From positions 266,244-330,243 of the forward strand of contig NW_013657672.1 in assembly GCF_000142905.1 (NCBI RefSeq): DNA of 64,000 nt, read 5' to 3'. The number at the start of each line of letters is the position of its first letter. Position 1 is the stretch's first letter. Source of the DNA: Thecamonas trahens ATCC 50062 (taxonomy: Eukaryota; Protista; Apusomonadida). Shown here piece by piece: positions 9,354 through 19,960 of this stretch. The notes beneath the pieces are model-generated. The model did no database searches, was not told where the DNA came from, and saw nothing but the letters and a program-made list of their open reading frames with translations. The translations under genes were made by a program, and so were the position numbers.

Positions 9354-12300
9354 ATGGGCTTAAGGTGTAAGGTTGCCTTAAAGACGGTGGCATCAGCTGT
9401 ACTCATTGCTACCCTCGCTGCCTATCTCACCATGGTTGGCCTGTTCCTTGAGGACGGTCACGCCCCGGCCTCGCGCGCCTTGGAGCCAGACATGGAGCCT
9501 GTCGGGTTCTTCTCACCACCTCCGCCCAATTCAGGCATTGCTGGGCACATCTTCGGCCCGAGCTCAGATGGCCTTGTCATTGCTGTTGTTGCGGACATGT
9601 CGGATGGCACAAACGTGCCTACGGTAGAGTTCCGCGCCCCAAATCCCACGTCCGGCGCCCTGTCGTCGTCGGGAGGCGCTGCGGTTCGTGTTGGCTTCAG
9701 ACCGTTGACACCGCTAGCATCGGGGAGTGCTGTGCCGGCGGGCTTTGATCTCCGCGCCGCAGGCTATCTCGACATTGCGCGTACGGTATTTTTGGCAGGT
9801 GTGGATGAGAGTGCTGTCAATCTGGACGATCTTGTTGTCGTCATCGAGTGTCCGCTGGCGACGGCTGCCGCTCCACTGCCCGAGCCACCGACCTCATGCA
9901 CGCTCCGCCGCATTGGCACTAGCGGCGCGTTCCGCTTTGCAAACTCAGCTTCTCCCACGAACGGTGCTATCACGGAGCTGGCTGTTGTCCCTGTTGCCGG
10001 TACATCTGTGGCCAACTCAGGCTTCTTTGTCGTTGGGCTGTTGAACCAAACCGAGCTCGCCATCGCGTCATGTCCGCTCTCTTCAGGCATTTGCTTTCAG
10101 GTTGCAAGTACCATTGTGGGGCCTGTCTCGCCGCTCATCGCCCATGTTGAGCTTGCGCCGTCGAGCATGGGCGTTTTCCTTCGCTCAACGCAGACTCCGT
10201 TCTCCACCACACTGTATCCCTGTGGACTTTCGTCATGCTCCTCATCCGTTAATGTTGGGACGTTCACTTCAGACCAAGTTGCGACCCTGGGAGTTGCTGC
10301 CTGGGTCTCATCTTCCTCGAGCGACTCGATTGTTGTCTTGGTTGACGAGTATGTTCGAGTCTGCATCGGAAGTAATGACTGCAGCTTGTCCGACTCGCTG
10401 CTGTCGTTCGCGCCATCTTCCAAGTCTTCTATCGTGGCGGTAGCGGCTACTCGTGGCGATGTGGGTCCTTGGCTTCCAGGCCTATCAGAAGTCAACTTTT
10501 TTGTGGCTGTCAGCTACTCCTCGCCGGGCAAGCCGCCGTCTCTCTCGTTTTTCTCGGTCTCGTCTGCTTCCCGCTTCCGCCTTGTCCGTCTTGCAATCGC
10601 ATCGCCGACTATGTCATGCCGGGTTGCCGGCCATTGCCTCTCGCTTGGCTATGACCAGGCAAGCGGTCTGCTTCTTGCAGGCTACCCGGAAGTCAGCGGC
10701 GCTTTTGGCATCTCGGGCATCAAGACCTTCAAGTGGCGCCCAAAGGTTGACGTCAATCCGGTCTCGGTCTCGTCTCAGGACCTCGTCATTGCTGTTCAGC
10801 CCAATATGCGCGGTTTTCCCTCGCTCTCGTTTCAGCTTGCCCCTTACACAGCCCTCACCGGGCCGATCACAGTCTCTGACGTACCGTTTACGACTGTACT
10901 CCGTAGCTCGCTCGCCCACGGCGTGTCTGTCGACATTGTCTTGTCCTACCCAGGCTTTTTGCCCGGCGATACTGTCACGCTCGCCTGGCGACTCTCCTCT
11001 GCCATGGCGTCGTTTGAGTCATCATCGTTGGGCTACGAGACTATGACGGTGACGACTCCCGCAACGCCGTACGAGGTTGTCGGCGTGACGGCAAGAACTA
11101 TCCAAGCTGAGTCGATTGATCTGGATTGGACACCTCCCTTTTCACCGGTCAACGATCCAATCACTTCGTACGATGTCATCGCAAAGTCTGCCATTCGTTC
11201 CGGCTCCAACGAGCCGTCGCCGCCGCTCGGCGTCTTGGCGTCGGTGACCGCTCCAGTAGTCTTTCCACTCAGCGTTGCTGTCGAGCCGTCAGTCACCTAC
11301 AGACTCGTGGTTGTTGCATACAACATGGCTGGTGGCTCGCCGACGGGCGGGGAGTTGAGTATCACCACTCCGTGCTCAACGACTGCTCTGCCGAGTGCGC
11401 CGACCATCGGGACGTTTGCCCTCGAGCTCGACATCAGCAGTCTTGCGCTTCGTCTCACGTGGGCCGAGCCGCGCGATGGAGGCTGTGCTCTCGACGTTTA
11501 TCGCATTCTGCTCCACACGCCTAGCGCAAGTCCATTCCCAAGCCCCACTGCTGTGGCGACGGTCTCGGCCAGTGCTGCGCGCACCTTTCTGATTGGAGTT
11601 GACGCGGATCCGCTTGGCGGGAGCGGGACGGTGGCCCTGCTGCCGTCAACTACCTATGCAGTCTCGCTTGAAGCTGTGAACGTTGTAGGAAGTGTCTCGA
11701 CGCTCTCGGGAACTCAAAGTGTAACGACCCCGGCTGTGCCGCTTCCGCCGGCGTCATTTACCGCCACTCCGAGCTCGCCGCAGGAGGTTGGGCTGTCATG
11801 GACTCCGCCAACCGGCTCGGTTAGCGGTGATGTATTCTTGTACACAGTCAAGATTGCCGTCTCGCCTGGTCCGGCAACAGACATCATCTACCAGGGCAGT
11901 GACACCAGCTTTGTCGCCACCGGGCTCACCTCCCAGGTCACCTACGTCTTTGCACTCACCGCAGCCAACGGAATCGGCGCTTCATCGCCGGCCTCGACCG
12001 TGGCTACAACACCCTCGGGCTGTTTTCCCGTCTGCGTTGCCGGCCAAGGCGTGTGCACCTCTACGGCGCCATTCTCCTGCACCTGTAATGCTGGCTTTGC
12101 TGGCACCGACTGCTCAATTGCCTGTACATGCGTCAATGGCGTGTGCGCCGACGGCTCGTCCGGCGATGGAAAGTGTGCTGTAGGCACATGCAGTGCTGGT
12201 TTTGAGGGCGACAACTGCGACACGCCCATTCCGCTGGTCGTTGCCTCATGTACAGGCTGTACGCTCGGGATGGCTGCGGTGGCGTCGCAAGCTATCACGC

Positions 12301-14552
12301 TCTCAGGCACCGGCTTTGATGCTCAGGTTGTGGCGTACCTCAACGACACCCTAGTTCCTACCAGCTATGCTGCTGCAAGCACCCGAGCTGTGGTATTCGA
12401 TCCGCTCATCGCTGCTACAGGCTCACTGATGATGACGTTGCCGGCGGCAACGTCAGCGTCGCTAGGCGCGGCATCCGCCTACGCCAATCTTACTTTGGTC
12501 CATAGCTCGTCTGGCGCAGTTTTGGCATCGCGATCGATTGTGTACTATACCACCTCGTCGTGCACCAGTGAGGGCCAGGTCGACGTCGGCGGTCAGTGCG
12601 TATCGTGTCCCGGAGGCGGAACGTGTCCAGGCGGCTTTCGGATTTGGCCGGCCGAGGGCTACTGGCTCGAGAGCGAGACTGCTGGCCCGGACGCGCTAGT
12701 GACTTGTGAGAACGAGGCGGCGTGCCCCGGCGCTCTCGGAACGAGAACCGGCTATCCAGTCCAGTCGCAGGCGTCCGGTGCGCGAGTTACCGCCGTCTGC
12801 GCCTCGGCCGACGGTTACACCGGTCGCGAGTGCAAGGACTGCCTTGACGGCTTTTACCGCGATCAGCAACAATGCCGGTCGTGCGGGCTCTCGGATGCTG
12901 ACAAGGCTGAGTTCTACCTCCTTCTCATTGTCGTCGTCGTTTTTATGACGCTCATTTCGGCGTCTGTTGCGCTTCTCCCGGACAAGTGGCTCGATCGGTC
13001 CGTAACGGCATTGCTCGGCCTCCAGCAAATCGTCTTTGTCGGGCGTCTCTCGTCGAACGTCATCTCGGGCTCGACCGGTGAGCGCATCGCCAACTTTTCC
13101 GCGGCCTCTCGTTCCTGCTCTTTGACATTGAGTTTGCCAAGCCGACGTGCACCATCGGGAAGATCCCATTTTGGGGCATCTTTGCGGGCACTGTGGTCGT
13201 CCTCATTGGTGCACTTTCGACATTCACTGCTGCCTCGTACATCTTTGCTACCCTTCAGAAGCGAAAGAACCCGAATCTGAGCAAGAGCAAGATGATGTGG
13301 ATTCGCGCCATGCACTCGTGGCTCCTCCTCGGCGCCATTGCTTACCTTCAGTTCAATGTCCGCCTCACACAAGCGCTGTACTGCAAGAAGGAGACTTCGT
13401 CCGACGGCGTCACCTACCGGCTCGACATCGAACCCGACACGGTGTGTTGGACCGGCTCGCACCTATGGGTCACCATCTTTGCCGCCGTCTTTGTGCTCGG
13501 CTACTCGCTCGGCTTTCCCATCTCCATGTTTGTTCTAGTTGCTCGGGCCCACGCCCGCGGTCTTACCCAGTTTGACCGCCACGTCTATGGCTACCTCATC
13601 CGTGGCGTCAAGGACAAGTACTTTTGGTTCCGGTTCATCACCTTTATCATTAACCTCTCGCTTGCCGTCCAGACCACCCTCTTTCCGACGTCGGCGCTCA
13701 AGCTCTTTACCTCGCTCGTCTCGTTCCTCCTCAACATGTTTGTGGTCGGCCTTCTTTGGCCGTTCCGCGATTGGTGGGCAAACTACATCCCCATCGGTGT
13801 CGGTGTCGCCACCTCAGTCCAGATCCTCATTCTTCGTGACAAGCTCTCGACCTCGCTGCAGATTGCCACGCTGGTCCTTATTGCCGTTGTTTACGTGGTG
13901 GTCATCGGGGCACGGACGCGTATCCTCATCCGTCACGGCCGTAAGCATCCGAAGGCCATGAAGGTCCATTTGCTTCGGGCTTTTGCTGCTGTTGCTGCGC
14001 CTGCTGCTGGGCCAAGCGCTGTGTCTACCGTGCCAAGGAGGCCAAGACCGAGCAAATTGTCGACGAGCTTGAAGAGGACGATCTCGACGAGCTGGCCCTC
14101 GCTGACGAGGTTGGACTTGACGACCGGACAGAGCGCGAAGCCAACTTTTTGACAAGGACTTTGTCGAGCGCCCGGTCGTCCCGACCAAGGTCTTGCGCAA
14201 GAAAAAGGTGGCCATCCGCGCCGAGCTCGACGATGCTCAGCTCCGCGACCGTTGGATCCCACCCTCCTCCGACTCGGTTGTCGAGCTCACTTCGGGAGGT
14301 GAGAGTGAGGCGTCGTCACTCGTCGACTCGGCGTCGTCCTCGACTCATGCTGTCGATGCGTTGGCTTCGATGGCCTCGGACATGTCTGACCTTGTCGACG
14401 TGCTGGACGATGTGTATGAGACTCGGCTGCAGACCTCGCGCGCCCGGATCGCTCATCTCCGCCAACAGCTGGCCGACATCCGGGCGGCAAAGGCTCGCCA
14501 ACGGCCACGTCGCGAGCGGCCGCTCCTCTACTCGGACTCATATACTGAGTAG
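9354..14552 (+). CDS. Large receptor-like membrane protein: FN3 repeats, EGF-like, Cys-rich linker, multi-TM domain; three frameshifts (about 13093, 13981, 14146)
   Basis: N-terminal hydrophobic anchor, FN3 motifs (LDWTPP...Y...AYNMAGGS; LSWTPP...GL...Y.F...AANGIGAS), EGF CTCNAGFAGTDC and CPGGFRIWPAEGYW...GYTGRECKDCLDGFY. ORFs 9240-13280, 13193-14152 and 14193-14552 join by adding one T in each of three T runs. Confidence 0.8.
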
Positions 14553-14572
14553 TCCAGCAACCTTGCTCAGCT

Positions 14573-16057
14573 TTACTTGGCTTGGTACTGGAAGGCAAGA
14601 AGGCCTGCAGCCGAGATGGAGTCGCCGAGCCCGACCGTCCGCACCGGTGCCTTGCAAACCAGCACCGGTGCGAGTGCGCACTGAGTCTGCGGGTCCAGGG
14701 TAAAGGTTTCCACGCCGCCATCATTGCCAGTGGTGTAGAGGACATCAAAGTGGATAGCAGGGTTGAAGCTGCTGACTGGCTGCGGAGCAAGGCCGCAGGC
14801 CCGAAAGCCGACCGCCAGCGCGCCCGCTGCAGCAGGACCGGCCGGCTCTCCCCAGCTGCTGCCGCGGGTGCACACGACGTGATAGGCGAGCGAGTGAAAA
14901 TGCAGCCTTGTCACAGTGCTTGCGCTACTATCCAAGTGCTGAAACAGGGATGCCAGGGCGCTTTCTACGCCCGCGCGGCTGGGGACGTTGTGCGAGGTGG
15001 CATCGGCAGCAAACAGCGGCTTGGTTCCGTCGAGGCCAAGCGCGGCCACCAGGCCCTCGAGCTCTTGCTCGTTAAATCCGATCGAGTCCACCGCACCGGC
15101 AGTAAGCTCGACGAGCTGCGCCATGTAGGCGCTGTTAGCCATTGACGCCAGCTCGAGGTGGACGCTCGGGCGATACTTGAGCCCTCCTACCGCGGCGGCG
15201 AGCTCGGCCACGACTGCGCTCACCCGCGGCGTCGAGGCCTCCACCGCAAGCGCGTCGAGCAGATGGAAGCCCGATAGGACAACTGTGTCTGGCGCAAAGT
15301 CACCTAGCGCGACATGGAAAGTCTTGGCTCCACGCAGCTCGCCGTTGACCTTGTCGCAGTGCAAGATGAACCGGTTGGCCCGCGGCGGGACGACGCCGGC
15401 CACCTCCACGCCGGCCTTGTACTCAATGATGAGATGGACCTCGTCGGCGGCCTCGGGTGCACCGGCGGCGAGCTCGACCGAGCCCGGTAGGAGCGCGGCC
15501 AGACCCGGTCCGACCGGCCCGCCGAGCAGGATCCTTGCCTCGGGAGCAAAGCCAGCAGCCGCCACCGCCATCAGTGCCGCGTTACCGCCGACGTGCTCCA
15601 CAGACGCATCAGCGGCTGCAGCGTGAGCCACCAGCGCCGCATACAACTCATCGTCCACCACCATCCGCTCGGCAGCCCGCCCGTCGGCGGCAAACAGCCG
15701 GAAGCAGCATAGAACGTCGGCCGGCGTAGCGAGCACCTCGCACGCCGCCTCGCCGCCAAAGCCGTCGCAGGCCGCAGGCTCACCAGCCGGCCCGCCGGGA
15801 CCAAACACACGTCCGGCATCTACCACCAGATCAAGATTGGAGTTGTACGCCAGCGCAATGCCGCGTCCGCGCCCGTTGCCTGCGCTCGTGCCCGCCGCTG
15901 CCTCTAGCGCCGCCGCCAGCGCCGCCGCCTCGGCTCCTTCTGCTTCCCGCACCGCCAGCCGGGCGTTGAGCCACAGGTAAGGGAGGCAGACGGCGAGGGC
16001 TACAACCGTCACCGCCACCCAGCTTTGGGAGTTGCCTTTGCCGCTGCCGCTACCCAT
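14573..16057 (-). CDS. ADPGK: ADP-dependent glucokinase with N-terminal signal anchor
   Basis: AYNSNLD, VGGNAALMA, VHLIIEY, PRANRFI, HLELAS, DSIGFNEQEL, RLHFHSLAYH and PVLVC..PVRTVGLGDSISA motifs. Confidence 0.93.
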   Translation of the reverse strand: MGSGSGKGNSQSWVAVTVVALAVCLPYLWLNARLAVREAEGAEAAALAAALEAAAGTSAGNGRGRGIALAYNSNLDLVVDAGRVFGPGGPAGEPAACDGFGGEAACEVLATPADVLCCFRLFAADGRAAERMVVDDELYAALVAHAAAADASVEHVGGNAALMAVAAAGFAPEARILLGGPVGPGLAALLPGSVELAAGAPEAADEVHLIIEYKAGVEVAGVVPPRANRFILHCDKVNGELRGAKTFHVALGDFAPDTVVLSGFHLLDALAVEASTPRVSAVVAELAAAVGGLKYRPSVHLELASMANSAYMAQLVELTAGAVDSIGFNEQELEGLVAALGLDGTKPLFAADATSHNVPSRAGVESALASLFQHLDSSASTVTRLHFHSLAYHVVCTRGSSWGEPAGPAAAGALAVGFRACGLAPQPVSSFNPAIHFDVLYTTGNDGGVETFTLDPQTQCALAPVLVCKAPVRTVGLGDSISAAGLLAFQYQAK

Positions 16058-16229
16058 GCCTCTTCCGTTGCCGTCTCCGATGTGATAGCCTCTGCACCGC
16101 CACAGTAGAGTGTGTCGAGTCCAACGAGTCTGCGGGGCCGCGCCCAGAGGCTTTGCTTCCGAGCCCTTCCACCCATCGCTCGTAGCGCAAGTATGAGCCG
16201 CGCGACCATAGCGGGCCGATCTGGGCCGC

Positions 16230-16545
16230 AAGCGCCACCCTGAGCCCACCCAACCACCGCCGCCGTGTCACCGGCTTGCCCTTCATCGACAAGGACTGCG
16301 TACGGCGACGCCTGAACTGCCTTGGCAGTCATGCCTCGCGCCGATTGCGGCGCAAGCTCATGGCCAAGCACTGCGCTCACCAACGCTTCCAGCACGTTCG
16401 CTTGCTCCTTGGCCGCATCCAGCATCACCTCGGCGCCGATGGGAAAGTCGCGCTCCAACTTGTGCGGATGGAGGATGACGTCGACTTCATCCATGATCAG
16501 CACTCCGCTGCGCCACAGCTCCACTATCCGGCGTGCGCCCAAGCT
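16230..16545 (-). pseudogene. Fragment resembling a DUF3638-type domain
   Basis: GVLIMDEVDVILHPHKLERDFPIG resembles the recalled DUF3638 consensus DEVDLILHPLKSELNFPIG. There is no ATG start, and the piece is far shorter than the very large intact proteins of that family. Confidence 0.5.
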
Positions 16546-17078
16546 AGGCCGCCGCAGTCTGCGCCATCGTCAAGAGCGTCACTGGATCGACGTCAACCTA
16601 ATGCTCTCCGCTGTCTGCGATCAGATCCCTACAGATGGTGCTCCACAGTGAGGTTGGCGCAGACGATCACACTTGTTACCTCTCGAGTTTGTCGTGGCTG
16701 GCAACGAATCCATCCATGATTCCTGCACGCGGAGCGGCCACGGACCGTTGTCCCCAACAGGACCCCTTCCTAATGGAAGACTTCTGCAGCTGCGTGGCTG
16801 CCCATTCACCCATGCAACCACCCTCCTTTCCTCAATCGCAATTCGTCACTATAGCCATGACGGTGCCACCATCGATCGGGGAACGCCACGATGGCCGTCA
16901 ACCTCACCATCATCTCACCATCGCCGTCGCCATCGCCGCCGGTCACAGCAATTGCGATCATGAACACGATCACGATCACCTGCGTGTCACTGGCAGTCGC
17001 AACAGCGGCGCCTCCCATGCACACGTCCAGCCCAGCTTGTCGGCGACCACCCCACCCCCACCCCCTCACCGAATCCTC

Positions 17079-19760
17079 ATGGCACTATCGCAGACGGATG
17101 CCGAGAGACGGAGCAGGGTTGTGGCGGCCAACTCGCTGCGGTATGCGCTGACGCTGCGGCTGACGGCGGGAGCGCCCGAGTTCCGCGGCGAGGTCTGCCT
17201 GGCCTTCCGGCTGGCCGGCAAGGCTGATGCCCACAGCCTGTTCTTGGACTGGGCGCCCGGCATGACTGCCGTCCGGGTTGTGCTCAACGACAGCGAGCTG
17301 GACCTGGAGGCCGGCGAGGTCCAGGTCGAGCCAGCGGCTCACAGGCTTACGTTGGCCGACACTGTGCTGGCGAGGCTCGAGCCGGAGTCACACCTGCGGC
17401 TGACCATTAGCTACACTGCGCGCTATGACCACGATGGCGACGGCTTTCATCAGTACTTTGACCCGGCCGATGGCGCAGAGTACCTTTACACCAACTTTGA
17501 GCCGTGGGCCGCACATCGCCTCTTCCCCTGCTTTGACCAGCCGGACATCAAGGCGTACTACACGGTAGCGGTTGAGGCGCCTGCCGCATGGACCGTTGTC
17601 TCGTCTGGCCCGCGGGTGTCGGTCACCGAGCCCGACGCCGGTCTTTGCTGGTCGTACTTTGATCTTGAGGGCCCGTTCTCCACCTACCTCTTCGCCGTTG
17701 TCGCCGGGCCGCTGGTCCACTTTGAGCGCGAGACCGAGGTGCGGTACGCAACATCGCTGGCGCCGGGCGCGCCCGAGGCTACCAAGGCCATCACCATGGG
17801 CCTCTATTGTCGGGCGTCGATGGCGCAGTTTTGCGATGTCGACGAGCTGTTTGATATTACCGCAGCCGGCCTTCAGTTCTACGCCTCGTACTTTTGCCGC
17901 GCCTACCCGTTCACCAAGTATGATCAGTTGTTTGTGCCCGAGTTCAACGCCGGCGCCATGGAAAACGTTGGCGCGGTGACGTTCTGTGAGGATGATTTGT
18001 TTCGTGAATCGCCGACCGAGTACCAGCGCATGTTCCGCATCGATACAGTGCTGCACGAAATGGCCCACGCGTACTTTGGCAACCTCTGCACGCCGACCTG
18101 GTGGGACGATCTCTGGCTCAACGAGTCATTTGCCTCGCTGATGGCCGCCAAGGCCGGTGCCGCTGCCACACGGTTTGGCGACAAACTTTGGGAGGTGTTT
18201 AATGTGGAGATGAAGGCCTGGGGCCTGGAGGCTGACCAGCGGCCGACCGCGCATCCGGTCGTCCCGGCGCCCGGCGCCGTCGTTGACACCGACCACGCCT
18301 TTCTTCTCTTTGACGCTGTCTCGTACGGCAAGGGCGCATCGGTGCTCAAGCAACTCATCGCTACCATTAGCGACGACGCCTTCCGTGCAGCTATGGTCGC
18401 CTACTTTGACACCCACGCCTACGCCAATACCACCCTCGCCGACTTTGAGAGCGTCATGCCGCTGCCCGACGGCGACTGGAGTGACCGCTGGCTCCGGGCT
18501 GTCGGCGTCAACACCATCCGCCTGGAGCTAGTGCCTGGCGAGGGCGACGCCGCGGGCAGCATTGCCCGCGCTGCTGTTGTTCAGTCGAGCCCGGGACCAG
18601 ACGTCCCGCTCCGCCCGCACGTCATTGTGCTCCGCACCTACATCGACGGCGTAGTCGCCGAATTGCCGGTTGTTGTCGGCCCGTGCGAGACGACGCCGAT
18701 CGACGCGCTGGCCGGCGCGCCCATGCCTCACTTTGCTCTCCTTGACGCTACCGACGCCACCTTTGCCAAGGTCCGGCTCCCCGACATTTCGCTCGCCAAC
18801 GTCACCGGTCTGCTCGGCACGCTGAGCGGAAGCAACGCCACGCTGCAGCGCCAGCTCGTGTGGGCCTCGCTCTACGACAGCGTTCGCGATGCACTCATGA
18901 CTGGGCAGGCCTTTCTCACTGCTGCGCTCGACGCGGTAGTCGACGAGCCATCGCCCGAGCTGCTCGGCATCCTGCTCGGGGCCATGACCTCGACGCTCTG
19001 CAACTACGTGCCGAACCGAGCCATGCGAACCATGTACGCCTACACCGTTGCTTCGCTCAGCTTTTCGCAGGCCTGTGCTGCACGTGACGATCAGCGGCGT
19101 CTACTCTGGTCGCGCACCGGCATCGCCGCTCTCGAGTCAGAATCGGCGCTCGCGCTGTTCATGCCGTTTGTCGAGGCGCCGGACGATGCTCCGTTTGAGC
19201 TCGACCCGCACGAGAAGCTCAAGCTTGTTGTCGCTGCACAAGCGTTGATTGGTGCAGCTGAGCCCGATCGGGTCGAGGCTCTTGCAGCTGTCGTCGTTGA
19301 CGCCGACAAATCCGATCGTGGCCGCCAGTACCGTCTCCGGCTCCGGGCTGCTCTCGGCGACCCTGCCCGCAAGGACGAGGTCTGGGCCGAAATCTGCTCC
19401 CCGCCCGATGGCCGCTCGCTCCACGACACTGTCGCGCTCATGGAGGGCTTGCTCTGGTCGTTCCAGCTTGCCAACGACCTCCCGCAGGACTACGTTGCCC
19501 GCTTCCTTGCTGTCGTCCCATCAATCATGGACGCCCATGAGAGCAACGAGTACGCCGAGTACTTTATTTCGCGCATGTACCCGGGCTCTATGCTCTACGG
19601 CGATGCCCTGGATGACCTCGTCTCCGGCACTCAGGCCCTCCTCGTCTCGCTTGATGCCAATCATCCGCGCTATGCCGTCTACTCCCGCCTCCTCACCGAG
19701 GAGCTCGACGATGCTCAACGCGTTGTCCGCGCCCGTTCTGCCGCCAGCGCTGACTCTTAA
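17079..19760 (+). CDS. pepN: Aminopeptidase N (M1 zinc metallopeptidase)
   Basis: YLYTNFEP..A.R.FPCFDQPDIKA, GAMEN, HEMAH-x18-E (LWLNES) and SYGKGASVLKQL motifs. Confidence 0.95.
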   Translation: MALSQTDAERRSRVVAANSLRYALTLRLTAGAPEFRGEVCLAFRLAGKADAHSLFLDWAPGMTAVRVVLNDSELDLEAGEVQVEPAAHRLTLADTVLARLEPESHLRLTISYTARYDHDGDGFHQYFDPADGAEYLYTNFEPWAAHRLFPCFDQPDIKAYYTVAVEAPAAWTVVSSGPRVSVTEPDAGLCWSYFDLEGPFSTYLFAVVAGPLVHFERETEVRYATSLAPGAPEATKAITMGLYCRASMAQFCDVDELFDITAAGLQFYASYFCRAYPFTKYDQLFVPEFNAGAMENVGAVTFCEDDLFRESPTEYQRMFRIDTVLHEMAHAYFGNLCTPTWWDDLWLNESFASLMAAKAGAAATRFGDKLWEVFNVEMKAWGLEADQRPTAHPVVPAPGAVVDTDHAFLLFDAVSYGKGASVLKQLIATISDDAFRAAMVAYFDTHAYANTTLADFESVMPLPDGDWSDRWLRAVGVNTIRLELVPGEGDAAGSIARAAVVQSSPGPDVPLRPHVIVLRTYIDGVVAELPVVVGPCETTPIDALAGAPMPHFALLDATDATFAKVRLPDISLANVTGLLGTLSGSNATLQRQLVWASLYDSVRDALMTGQAFLTAALDAVVDEPSPELLGILLGAMTSTLCNYVPNRAMRTMYAYTVASLSFSQACAARDDQRRLLWSRTGIAALESESALALFMPFVEAPDDAPFELDPHEKLKLVVAAQALIGAAEPDRVEALAAVVVDADKSDRGRQYRLRLRAALGDPARKDEVWAEICSPPDGRSLHDTVALMEGLLWSFQLANDLPQDYVARFLAVVPSIMDAHESNEYAEYFISRMYPGSMLYGDALDDLVSGTQALLVSLDANHPRYAVYSRLLTEELDDAQRVVRARSAASADS

Positions 19761-19960
19761 CTGTCTCATGAACTCTTGCTCGCCCTGCGGACACACTGCC
19801 TGCTTGAATCGCCGTGCCCCGTTTGCTCAGTACCGAGACGCCACCACCGTCAACCCCCCCACCCCCCCTCGGCCACGTGCACCCACCACCACCCCTCCCC
19901 TCCCCCCCCCCCTCCCCCCCCCTCCCCCTCCCTTGCGGGAGCTCGTGCCACATCGCCACC

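Noticed and set aside
16635-17078. 148-aa His-rich N-terminal extension of the aminopeptidase ORF
   Set aside because: Homology begins at ATG 17079; the upstream part is low-complexity spacer.
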